A stretch of 64,000 nt of DNA from an uncultured virus (IMG/VR IMGVR_UViG_3300027687_000005). Lineage: Duplodnaviria > Heunggongvirae > Uroviricota > Caudoviricetes. The stretch lies in the IMG/VR virus record IMGVR_UViG_3300027687_000005. The stretch is one strand, 5' to 3'. The notes below the pieces were generated by a model that did not search any database, was not told the DNA's origin, and saw only the letters and a list, made by a program, of their open reading frames with translations. Shown here piece by piece: positions 36,524-46,029 of this stretch (positions are counted from its first letter, which is position 1; every line of letters begins with the position of its first letter). Position numbers and translations under genes: made by a program.

Positions 36524-38398
36524 ATGACTAGAGCAAGAAACTTAGCTGATCTAGCTGACAGTGCCAGCGTCTTAGATGACGTAACGGCAACTGCTGCTGA
36601 GCTAAATCTATTAGATGGCAAAGCATTCCTTGATGAGGATAACTTCGCAAGTAACAGTGCTACTGGTATCGCATCTCAGCAGTCCATCAAAGCATATGTG
36701 GATGGTATTACTACAACCAACGTAACGGCAACTGGTGCGCTCGACGGTGGTAGTATTACCTCTGGCTTTGGTAACATAGACAACGGTGCATCTACTATCA
36801 CAACTACAGGCGACATCACTGCAGGTAACTTTGTTACATCTGGTAATGTAGATGGACGTGATGTCTCTGTTGATGGCACTAAGCTAGATGGCATTGAGGC
36901 TAGTGCTACAGCAGATCAAACTAACGCTGAGATTAGAACAGCGGTAGAAGCAGCAACCGATAGCAACGTATTCACAGATGCAGACCACACTAAGCTAAAC
37001 GCCATTGAGGCTTCGGCTGACGTTACTGATGCAACTAATGTAACGGCTGCTGGCGCACTGATGGATAGTGAAGTCACTAACCTTGCACAGGTTAAGGCAT
37101 TCAGTGCAGCCGACTACGCTACAGCGGCTCAAGGTACGCTTGCAGCAAATGCTCTGCCCAAAGCTGGCGGCGCTGTGACAGGTAACGTGACCTTTGGTGA
37201 CTCAAATAAGATTGTCATGGGGGCAGGTTCAGATTTAGAGCTGTATCACGATGGTGGAAATAGCTTTGTTGATGAAGTTGGAAATGGCAGGTTATACATT
37301 AGAGCTTCTGATGGCATTTTTCTGTCAACACCTAGCAACGCTTTATATTTGTCTACATACGACACAGGTAACGTATCTCTATATCACAACGGCGTAAAGA
37401 AATTTGACACGACCAGCAGCGGTATCGATGTAACAGGCACAGTCAACGCAGATGCTCTCACGGGTATCGGTAGTATTGATGCGACTACAGCAGCGTCGAT
37501 TACGGCGGCGGGCGTAGGCGGGTCTACGCTGGGGCGTAGTTGGTATAGAGCATATGATACTGCGGGTGGATCAACTGATTATAGGGGTGCTGCTACTTCA
37601 AGCAGCAAGGTTATGATTGGAAAAGGTGGTGCGGCACCTATTATTAGCACTGACGGAATAAGGTTTTCTGCGGCAGGAAGTGGAACCACATACCCTTATT
37701 CAATACGCGTTCTTGCGTATTCTTCGAGTTTAGACATATGGGTAGCAGGCTCCTCAAATGGTAGAATTGCCTATAGTTCAAATGATGGAGCAAACTGGAC
37801 GCTAGTAAATACTGGAACAAATGCTGACCATTATGGCTTGCATTGGAATGGATCAATGTTTGTTTCTGTTTCAGAGGCCAGTGGAACTATATACAGTTCT
37901 ACAAACGGCACATCTTGGACATCACGCTTGACTACATCTACCGCCATAAAGGATGTCACATATGGAAATGGAAACTGGGTGGCAGTCGGGGCTTCTAGCA
38001 CCGTTTGGTACTCGTCGAATGGCACATCTTGGAGCACAACAAGTACGGGTGTCCCAAGTGGGCAAACGTGGAATGCTGTTCACTATGCAAATGGTTATTT
38101 TGTTGCTTGCGCTCCCGGTGGGCAGTCTATGTACTCAACAAATGGCACATCTTGGACTGGGTATTTCGGTCCTAGCAGTGTTGTTCAAGGCGGTATTGAT
38201 TATATAGGTGGTGTTTGGGCATGCGGCGGAAGCACCAACGGGATTATATCATTTTCAGAAGCACACAACGGGCCTTGGAGGGAAATCCCGCAAGCTGCTG
38301 GGTTTTCAAATAGTGTCAACACAGCACTTTCAACCAGTGTGGGTGGGCAGAAAATTATTTTCCCGGCAAGTAATGGAAACATTACTTACAGTGTTTAA
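36524..38398 (+). CDS. second tail fibre / receptor-binding protein with C-terminal beta-propeller-like repeats
   Basis: MTRARNLAD start, KLDGIEA repeats, repeated YS(S/T)NG(T/A).W Asp-box-like motifs. Confidence 0.8.
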   Translation: MTRARNLADLADSASVLDDVTATAAELNLLDGKAFLDEDNFASNSATGIASQQSIKAYVDGITTTNVTATGALDGGSITSGFGNIDNGASTITTTGDITAGNFVTSGNVDGRDVSVDGTKLDGIEASATADQTNAEIRTAVEAATDSNVFTDADHTKLNAIEASADVTDATNVTAAGALMDSEVTNLAQVKAFSAADYATAAQGTLAANALPKAGGAVTGNVTFGDSNKIVMGAGSDLELYHDGGNSFVDEVGNGRLYIRASDGIFLSTPSNALYLSTYDTGNVSLYHNGVKKFDTTSSGIDVTGTVNADALTGIGSIDATTAASITAAGVGGSTLGRSWYRAYDTAGGSTDYRGAATSSSKVMIGKGGAAPIISTDGIRFSAAGSGTTYPYSIRVLAYSSSLDIWVAGSSNGRIAYSSNDGANWTLVNTGTNADHYGLHWNGSMFVSVSEASGTIYSSTNGTSWTSRLTTSTAIKDVTYGNGNWVAVGASSTVWYSSNGTSWSTTSTGVPSGQTWNAVHYANGYFVACAPGGQSMYSTNGTSWTGYFGPSSVVQGGIDYIGGVWACGGSTNGIISFSEAHNGPWREIPQAAGFSNSVNTALSTSVGGQKIIFPASNGNITYSV

Positions 38399-38439
38399 TG
38401 CAAATAATATAACGCAGTAATGATATAAAGGTGAGCTAA

Positions 38440-38676
38440 ATGATAAACTTTGGTTTAGAAACAGTAAAACAAATTCTTGAGTTTAAGCTGTCTGAAGCAG
38501 AAACAGCGGAACAGCTTCGCTATTTGCGGGACAGTTCACTAGAAAAGACAGACGTATGGGCGCTATCAGACCGTACAATGTCTGACGCCCAGACAGCCTA
38601 TCGACAGGCGCTGCGTGATGTTACTGCACAGGATGGTTTCCCGACTAGCGTAACGTGGCCTACTAAGCCGGAATAA
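38440..38676 (+). CDS. tail fibre assembly chaperone-like protein
   Basis: R..RD..L..TD.WALSD..YRQALRD...Q.GFP..V.WP.KP. Confidence 0.8.
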   Translation: MINFGLETVKQILEFKLSEAETAEQLRYLRDSSLEKTDVWALSDRTMSDAQTAYRQALRDVTAQDGFPTSVTWPTKPE

Positions 38677-38680
38677 CTAA

Positions 38681-38935
38681 ATGACACATGTAACCTTGAC
38701 ACCAGATGAGCTAGAAGCTATGCTAGATAGAGCAGCTAAGCGTGGGGCTAAGTTAGTCCTGCGTGAGCTTGGCTTGCATGATGAGTCTGCCTCTATAGAC
38801 ATACGCGAGATACGTAGCTTGCTTGATACATGGCGTCAAACACGTCAGAGTATATGGAATACATTTATAAAGATAACAACCATTGCTGTGTTTACCTTCA
38901 TCGGGATGGCAATCTGGATGAAACTAGGTAACTAA
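38681..38935 (+). CDS. DUF6127-like membrane-anchored protein (possible holin)
   Basis: ELEAML.RAA.RGA..L..LGL.D..A..DI.E.R.LL..W plus a C-terminal TM helix. Confidence 0.7.
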   Translation: MTHVTLTPDELEAMLDRAAKRGAKLVLRELGLHDESASIDIREIRSLLDTWRQTRQSIWNTFIKITTIAVFTFIGMAIWMKLGN

Positions 38936-38949
38936 TAAGGACTATTATA

Positions 38950-41040
38950 ATGGCTAAACGATTTGCAGGTTTCACTCCTGAACAGCTAGGTAAGATTATA
39001 CCTGAGATGCAGGGTATGCAGGCTGATGAACAGGCGCTCTTCTTGGCATCAAAACCAGGAGCCTCTGCATCTGAGCGCATAGCCAAGATGGCTGAAGCTG
39101 CACAGAAGCGCATTGGTATGGCTTATGGTGGCATGGTAAAGAAGCAGGGTTATGCTGTTGGTGGTACTGTAGATCCACAAGCTAAGCTAGATGCATCTCA
39201 GCAAGGTATAGTTACAGCAAACCAAACCGTACAGGATGCTATTGCTGCACAAGCAGCAGACCCAGGGAATGCAAACCTTGTGGAAGCCGTAACAAAAGCA
39301 CAAGCATCTGTAGGTACTGCACGTCAAAAAGCTGCATCAGCATATAGTGACTTCAAGACTACAGAAATACCCACTCCTGCTGAGTTTACTGCTAGTGCAA
39401 CACAAGACCCTAGTTCCATTACAAAGACAGCTGATGTAGTTAACATAACAGATGCAGATAAAAAAGCAGGCCAGATTACCACAGGAACAGGTCAAATCAC
39501 TGGTGGCGCACCAGAGGTAACTACTGAAACTGCTGCAACTGCAGGCGGTGTAGCTGCCCCAACTCCACAGGCTGCAGTAACATACACACCTCTCTCTGTA
39601 GAGGCTACAACACAGGATGTACTTGACCGCCTTGAGGCTGCTACAGGCAAGCCCAGTGATGAAGCTCTCGTAGACGCACAGTCAATGTCACCACAGGATC
39701 TAGCTCAGCTAGGCCTCAGTGCCGCACAGCTTTCAGAAGCACAGAGAGTACAGTCTGTTGCTCCACGCACTGTTCAAGCAGGTGAGATGATTGAAGGCTC
39801 CACGGTTGATATGACCCGTGTTAAAGCTGAAACTAACTTTGCTGCTGCTACAGGTGCACCATCTACGGATGCTACTGTACAGGGTCAGCTTACTAGCCTT
39901 ATGGAAGACTTTGAGGGTAACGATCCTCCTGCATGGGCGGCTGGTGCTATGCGTGCTGCTACTGCAACAATGGCTGCACGTGGCTTAGGTGCTTCCTCTA
40001 TGGCAGGGCAGGCTATTGTCCAAGCGGCTATGGAATCAGCAATGCCTATAGCTGTACAGGATGCACAGACATCAGCACAGTTTGAATTGACTAACCTTAG
40101 TAACCGCCAGCAGACAGCTATGTTCGCTGCAGAGAAACGCGCTGAGTTCCTTGGACTAGAGTTCAACCAGAACTTCCAGACACGTGTAGCTAACTCAGCA
40201 AAGATATCAGAGATTGCTAACATTAACTTTACTGCTGAACAACAGGTAGCTCTTGAGAATGCACGTATGGCTCAGTCTGTAGACCTTACTAATCTTACTG
40301 CTGCTAACGCTAAAGTAATGGCAGACGCTGCAGCTATGACACAGATGGATCTCACTAACCTGAACAACCGTCAACAAGCGCAAGTACAGAACGCTAAGTC
40401 ATTCCTAGACATGGACATGCAGAACCTTGCTAATGATCAGCAGACTACAATCTTTAAGACACAAGCTATGACTAATGCATTACTATCTGATCAGGCAGCT
40501 GAGAATGCCTCTAAACAGTTTAATGCTTCAAGTGAAAATCAAACAAACCAGTTCTTCTCTAACTTGTCATCACAGGTATCTATGTTCAATAACGAACAGA
40601 CTAATGCTATGAACAAGTTTAACGCTGGTGAAACTAATGCAGTACTACAGTTTAATGCAGCACAGAAGGCTGCTCGTGATCAGTTTAACTCTAACAACGG
40701 TCTAATTGTAGCACAGGCTAATGCTGCATGGTCACAGGCCACTACAACAGCTGAAACTGCAGCACAGAACCAAGCAAACCGTGATGCAGCTATGACTGAA
40801 AATGAATACACCATGACAGCCTACAATAATGTCATACAAGAAGAGCGTGACTTAATAAGTTACGCATTTAGTGCTGCAGAGGGTAGTGCTGACAGGGATG
40901 TACGTTTGCAGATTGCAGCTATTCAAGCAGAAACTAGCGAAGCTGGAATACAGGCGCAGGTTGATACAGCACGAGGTCAAGGTACAGGTAAGCTCCTAGC
41001 TATCTTTGCAGACAAGGCCTTGGAGTGGGCCTTCAGCTAA
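38950..41040 (+). CDS. putative internal virion / ejection protein
   Basis: Ala/Gln/Asn-rich helical repeats (QFN, NLNNRQQ); position in the structural arm. Confidence 0.7.
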   Translation: MAKRFAGFTPEQLGKIIPEMQGMQADEQALFLASKPGASASERIAKMAEAAQKRIGMAYGGMVKKQGYAVGGTVDPQAKLDASQQGIVTANQTVQDAIAAQAADPGNANLVEAVTKAQASVGTARQKAASAYSDFKTTEIPTPAEFTASATQDPSSITKTADVVNITDADKKAGQITTGTGQITGGAPEVTTETAATAGGVAAPTPQAAVTYTPLSVEATTQDVLDRLEAATGKPSDEALVDAQSMSPQDLAQLGLSAAQLSEAQRVQSVAPRTVQAGEMIEGSTVDMTRVKAETNFAAATGAPSTDATVQGQLTSLMEDFEGNDPPAWAAGAMRAATATMAARGLGASSMAGQAIVQAAMESAMPIAVQDAQTSAQFELTNLSNRQQTAMFAAEKRAEFLGLEFNQNFQTRVANSAKISEIANINFTAEQQVALENARMAQSVDLTNLTAANAKVMADAAAMTQMDLTNLNNRQQAQVQNAKSFLDMDMQNLANDQQTTIFKTQAMTNALLSDQAAENASKQFNASSENQTNQFFSNLSSQVSMFNNEQTNAMNKFNAGETNAVLQFNAAQKAARDQFNSNNGLIVAQANAAWSQATTTAETAAQNQANRDAAMTENEYTMTAYNNVIQEERDLISYAFSAAEGSADRDVRLQIAAIQAETSEAGIQAQVDTARGQGTGKLLAIFADKALEWAFS

Positions 41041-41088
41041 TTGGTTAATAATAGCAGATACATTTGGGTAACAACAGGTATAATAACA

Positions 41089-42123
41089 ATGGCACTTTTA
41101 TCACAGTCACAGCAGGATAACATCTTAACAATGATGTCACGTCTTAAACAGCGTGCAGCAGAAGCACAAGAGATATCTATAGAACCTGCAAAGGCACCTA
41201 AGGGTGTGTTCAATAAACCAAAAGAAAACCCACGACCAGCTTCGGGTGATGATATGGTTCTTAATGTTGTGAACCGCCTACGCCAGAAAGCAGATGTAGC
41301 TATGGCAGAACAGAAGCCCATAGAAATGGGAAGCTATGATGTGACTGCACTTAGTATTCCTACATCTCAAGATAGACCCAATGGACGTTCTTCTTCTGTA
41401 GCAGAGAGCTTTGTAACTAAAGTGTCAGATAAGGTGTTTGGTACAGGTGATACAGAAGATCCTGTAGTGGATGCAGACGCTATTGATTCTGCTGTCACTG
41501 AAGCTGTTACATCTTCTGACAGTGGCTTGATGTCCCGCCCAAAAGCTAGGCCCTTTATTACACCAGAGAAATATAAGATAGCTGTAGATGAGATGTCAGA
41601 TAGAGAGATGCTGGCTCGTACTATTGAGGCAGAGGCCGCAAAAGAAAAGTATAATGGCAAGTTAGCCGTAGCTGCTACAATAGCTAATAGAGCAGCTTCA
41701 GGTAACTTTGGCGGAGATATAAGGGGTGTTATACTTAAAGTAGGTCACTTCTCACCTTGGAATACGTATACAGGCCACGCAGAGGGTAAGCAGGGCAAAG
41801 ATATGACTAAAATGAAGGCTAGTGAAGACTCTTATAAAGCAGCAGATGCTATTCTATCAGGGGACTACACAGACCCAACAGGCGGTGCAACTCACTATGT
41901 AAATGAAAAGGTAAATCAACCTTCATGGCTGACTAAGGGTGGTGTTGGCGATGTTGGCATGAAGGGTCGTGCTAGAGGTACTAAACAAATAGGCAACCAC
42001 TTGTTTGGTAATGCAGATAACAACGAGGTCTATGACGGACAGGCTTGGGCTAAGATGATGGCAGATATGGCTACTTCCCCAAGACCACAAAAAAGACCAG
42101 ACACTCAGGTAGCAGGTAACTAA
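41089..42123 (+). CDS. virion-associated cell wall hydrolase (SleB / Hydrolase_2 domain)
   Basis: LARTIEAEA..GKLAVA..I.NR..FSPWN..DPTGGATHY..IGNHLF. Confidence 0.85.
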   Translation: MALLSQSQQDNILTMMSRLKQRAAEAQEISIEPAKAPKGVFNKPKENPRPASGDDMVLNVVNRLRQKADVAMAEQKPIEMGSYDVTALSIPTSQDRPNGRSSSVAESFVTKVSDKVFGTGDTEDPVVDADAIDSAVTEAVTSSDSGLMSRPKARPFITPEKYKIAVDEMSDREMLARTIEAEAAKEKYNGKLAVAATIANRAASGNFGGDIRGVILKVGHFSPWNTYTGHAEGKQGKDMTKMKASEDSYKAADAILSGDYTDPTGGATHYVNEKVNQPSWLTKGGVGDVGMKGRARGTKQIGNHLFGNADNNEVYDGQAWAKMMADMATSPRPQKRPDTQVAGN

Positions 42124-42545
42124 TGTTTGGTCTTCCCCTAGAACTTATCACAATGCTTTTCTCTACCATACTAGGTGGGGTCATGTCTATGTGGGGTCAG
42201 AACACTAAGAACAAAGCTGAACAACAGAAGATGATGATTGGTGGTATGCAGGAAGCCAGAGAGCATGGCAAGACTGACGTACACTTTGCATGGACACGTA
42301 GGATCATTGCTCTATCTGCAGTATTTGCTATTATAGTATTGCCAAAGATGGTGGCTGTATGGTATCCTGAGGTCAGCGTTATCGTAGGCTACACTGAAGT
42401 AAAGGGTGGCCTATTTAACTGGCTCTTTGGTGGTGATGGCACAGTACAGTGGCAGGCAGCACGAGGCTTCGTAATTACACCCCTAGACACACACATAGTT
42501 TCAGCCATCGTAGGACTCTACTTTGGCGCTGGATTTACAAAGTAA
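42123..42545 (+). CDS. membrane protein (holin-like)
   Basis: Several hydrophobic segments; WTRR.IAL, IVGLYFG. Confidence 0.6.
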   Translation: MFGLPLELITMLFSTILGGVMSMWGQNTKNKAEQQKMMIGGMQEAREHGKTDVHFAWTRRIIALSAVFAIIVLPKMVAVWYPEVSVIVGYTEVKGGLFNWLFGGDGTVQWQAARGFVITPLDTHIVSAIVGLYFGAGFTK

Positions 42546-42554
42546 GGTATTACA

Positions 42555-43124
42555 ATGGCTACTAAACCAACACAATTCGAGGGGCCAATTCCAGGTCAGT
42601 CTCTAACTACTGAACCCAAGAACGTACCTTGGGAGCAGCCACCTCAGTATGCTGATCCTATGGATGCTTTAGAGATGTACATGAAACGTCTTGGTGATCC
42701 AGAGGCTCAGGATGAGTTAATTGATATGCTGGACATTGGTATTCCTATTAGTATTGTTACATCAACAATGTTGTCTCGTGGTGTTATGGATGGTATGCAT
42801 TCTGTTGATACTAAAATCCTATTGAAACCTATCCTAGCAACACAGATCCAAACGATAGCGGATGTTGTAGGTATTGAATACAAAATTACTATGGCTGACT
42901 ATGGTGACATGGAAATCGTTAAAGAAGATCGTATGAAGCGTAAATTCGCTACTAAGCTAGAGCTTGCTATTGCTAAGGGTGATGCAGAAGATCCCGGCGT
43001 ACAGATGCAGCAGGATGTTGTAGAGTTGATGGGTGAAGATGAAGAGATGGAAAGCCCTGAGATTGAAGCAGTAGAAGAAACACAAGAAGATATGCCTATG
43101 GGCATCATGGCAAAGGAAGTTTAA
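42555..43124 (+). CDS. hypothetical virion protein
   Basis: PIPGQSLT.EP...PWE.PP; acidic. Confidence 0.75.
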   Translation: MATKPTQFEGPIPGQSLTTEPKNVPWEQPPQYADPMDALEMYMKRLGDPEAQDELIDMLDIGIPISIVTSTMLSRGVMDGMHSVDTKILLKPILATQIQTIADVVGIEYKITMADYGDMEIVKEDRMKRKFATKLELAIAKGDAEDPGVQMQQDVVELMGEDEEMESPEIEAVEETQEDMPMGIMAKEV

Positions 43125-43126
43125 TC

Positions 43127-46012
43127 ATGGCAATCACTGGTGCATTTGGTGCAGGACTTATAGGTGGCTTTGGTACTACCCTAGCTGGTAAGATTGAAGA
43201 CCGTACAGCAAAGCAAGAGAAGTATGAAGATCTAATGATCGACTCCGCTAAAGCTAAGGCACCTAAGTATGCGGCTACAACTGCTGCTTACAACAACACT
43301 GTGACTAGAGCTAAACAGCTAAAGTCTGAGTTTGGTTTCTCTGATACAGAGATTGTAGGTATTGCAAGTAAGTACGACATCAATAAGATCTACAACGACA
43401 TGTTTGAACTAAAGGCTCAGGCAAAAGCAAATGGCACTGAACTAGGCTTTGATAAGAGCCTCATCTTGGGTTCACTTAATCTGCCTGCAGACACTATGCT
43501 ACCAAAAGGCATGACTATGGAGCAGGGCTTACGCCAAATCGCTTTCAATACACAGGCTAACCTAGACAAGAGCGACAATCCTAAGTCAGAAGTATCTCGC
43601 AGGAGTGCATTTGGTAAAGCTTTGGGTGAGATGTTTGCATTCAACCCTAGGGCAACAGCCACAGATATGGTTAAAGGTATGGAGATTGCTGGCTTTAGCG
43701 GTGAAGAGATTATGGCTTGGAGTCCAGAAGCTGGCCCCGGAGATGTTTTCCCTGAGATATCTGCTGGACCACTTTCACTACCTGACCAAGACTACAAAGC
43801 TACAGATCTTAAGACAGTAACAAATAACACTCGTGTATCCTTTGCTAGACAGTTTGATCTTATTGATGAGGCTGGTAATCCACTGACGCTTAGCAAGCCT
43901 ATGGCTACTGCATTTGGTGAAACTAACTCTGCAGCAGCATCGGCAACGGCTGGCCTTCTAATTGATGATGCTGCAGCTGCAATGGCACGTATTGACAGGA
44001 ACTTGGCCTTCAAGGGTTATGCTAGTGGCTTTGGCAATATAGGCCTACGTGAAGACACCCGTGGACGATTGCGCCGTATGATTGACACCCCAGCTGAACT
44101 AAAGCAGTTCGTTGAAGCTGAGAAGAGTGGTGCTATAACTAAACTGCTTTTGCAGGACAGTGGAACATTTACTGATACACAACTTGAAGCTGTACTGTCA
44201 GGTAAAGATCCTAATGCAATAACTACAGATACTGTAAGTGATGCAACTAGTGATGCAACATCTCTTGTATTAGACAGTGAAGCAGCTGCTATAGCAGAAG
44301 CTATTACACCCGAAACTGGGGGTGACACTGGCACAGGTACAGGCTCTATTAAACCTGCTGCTGGTTCATCTAACTTTCCTGGTGGACGCTCTCTACTTGA
44401 TACTATCGTAGCTAATGGGTCTGAGACACCCGCTGTTGGAGAGCCACCAGAGTCCGTTGATGCTGTTACTGCAACAGTACCTGATCGTAGTTCTATGGAG
44501 GCTAGATTTCAGAAATGGGTTGCACCTCTGATGACTCCAGCAGTTGATCAAGGTCTAGTATCAGAAGTTGGCATGGATAGAATACCAAAGGATGACAGCT
44601 GGAAGAATAGTTCCTTCCTATTACCGGAGGACGCTGAAAAACTCTCAAAGTCTGTTATTGCTGGTGAAGTTACTGGTGACTTTCTACAAGAGGTATGGGA
44701 TAGGGGCAACACAGACTTTGGTGTAGCCATTGATATTGGTAATGCAGGTCTTTCCTATGGCCTTGCCTCCGTTATAGACTTTGGTAGAGGTGTACTTGGA
44801 GCAGACTCTGATTCTACCTCAGGGGATTGGTCCAACAGCCTTAAAGATGCGGGTGCCTTCTACTCACAGAGAGCCTCTGACATTGCTACTATGGGGTGGA
44901 AAGATTATGTAGAAGCTCAAACTGAAGTAGAAGTACCTGAAGCTGTTTTAGCAGAAGTCAAAGGCGGGTTTGATACAGAAGTATTTACAGCTAGTGGCGT
45001 TAATACAAAAGATGGTAAACTCTCATATGAAGCGTTTGCTGGTTTTGTACCAGACTTTCCCGGTGATGTACCACCTTCCTTAAGGACTCAACAAACGGGC
45101 ACTTCACTACCAAGTAAAGTAATGTCTACTGTAGAATCACTGATGGCACCTACACGGGGTCTTATGGAAATGGAGATGCCTTCCTCAGAAGAACTTCAGG
45201 CTGCTATAACAGAGCGTACAGGACAGATACCAAAGGACTATAAGAGACAGATAGTAACGTCTATCAATTCCTTTAATGAAACACTTAAAGATTTTGAGGA
45301 CTCTGTAAACGTTTTTGTACCTAATGCCATTGATGCTGTATCTTCTGCAACTCTGTCGGGTGTTGATAACATAAATGACAGGCTTAAAGCCCTTGAGACA
45401 TTAGTAAATGAAACTATGGATGCTGAAGTTGATAAACGTGTACCTGCCTTTAAGGAGTTGCAGCGCCAGTTTGGTGAGCTAACCTTATTCCCAAGTAAGA
45501 AGGAAGGTACAATAGATACAGGGCCAAACACAATAACTGATACTCAGTTTGACACTGATGCAGCTGTTCTTGAGTTCTTTTCCCCTGAGAGGAATGCAGT
45601 ACGAAAGCGTATAATACAAGACCTGTTAGGTATAGAGACAGAAGATACAACACCTCTACCGGAGCCTGAAGTATCGCCTAGTATCATGTCTAAACCTGTT
45701 GACACTAGCAAGAGAACTGGTACAGTATCAAAGCCTACTACAAGTATGACACAAGATCCTGCTATTGAGGTAGAAGCTCTTGTAGCAGAGGTAGAGGATA
45801 AGTTCTGGATTAAGCCTAAAGATGCTGTAACAAATACATATGAGTCAGTATTCTTGAAGGCCTTAGTGCAGAATAGGAAGAAGCCTCTCTCATTCAAGAC
45901 AGAGAAAGCTGCAGAAGCTTGGGTTAAGAAGAACTTCCCAGATAACAAACTGAAGTCTAGTGAAGCTCGTAACCTTATTGTAACACTTGCTGCACGTTTC
46001 CCTTCTAAGTAA
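43127..46012 (+). CDS. large putative internal virion protein
   Basis: 961-aa ORF with a Gly-rich hydrophobic N-terminus, in the structural arm. Confidence 0.7.
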   Translation: MAITGAFGAGLIGGFGTTLAGKIEDRTAKQEKYEDLMIDSAKAKAPKYAATTAAYNNTVTRAKQLKSEFGFSDTEIVGIASKYDINKIYNDMFELKAQAKANGTELGFDKSLILGSLNLPADTMLPKGMTMEQGLRQIAFNTQANLDKSDNPKSEVSRRSAFGKALGEMFAFNPRATATDMVKGMEIAGFSGEEIMAWSPEAGPGDVFPEISAGPLSLPDQDYKATDLKTVTNNTRVSFARQFDLIDEAGNPLTLSKPMATAFGETNSAAASATAGLLIDDAAAAMARIDRNLAFKGYASGFGNIGLREDTRGRLRRMIDTPAELKQFVEAEKSGAITKLLLQDSGTFTDTQLEAVLSGKDPNAITTDTVSDATSDATSLVLDSEAAAIAEAITPETGGDTGTGTGSIKPAAGSSNFPGGRSLLDTIVANGSETPAVGEPPESVDAVTATVPDRSSMEARFQKWVAPLMTPAVDQGLVSEVGMDRIPKDDSWKNSSFLLPEDAEKLSKSVIAGEVTGDFLQEVWDRGNTDFGVAIDIGNAGLSYGLASVIDFGRGVLGADSDSTSGDWSNSLKDAGAFYSQRASDIATMGWKDYVEAQTEVEVPEAVLAEVKGGFDTEVFTASGVNTKDGKLSYEAFAGFVPDFPGDVPPSLRTQQTGTSLPSKVMSTVESLMAPTRGLMEMEMPSSEELQAAITERTGQIPKDYKRQIVTSINSFNETLKDFEDSVNVFVPNAIDAVSSATLSGVDNINDRLKALETLVNETMDAEVDKRVPAFKELQRQFGELTLFPSKKEGTIDTGPNTITDTQFDTDAAVLEFFSPERNAVRKRIIQDLLGIETEDTTPLPEPEVSPSIMSKPVDTSKRTGTVSKPTTSMTQDPAIEVEALVAEVEDKFWIKPKDAVTNTYESVFLKALVQNRKKPLSFKTEKAAEAWVKKNFPDNKLKSSEARNLIVTLAARFPSK

Positions 46013-46029
46013 AGCCAATCGGAGCTACA

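Noticed and set aside
32314..38676. Diversity-generating retroelement or invertase shufflon acting on the fibres
   Set aside because: No reverse transcriptase, no adenine-specific TR/VR pair, no adjacent invertase and no inverted cassettes.
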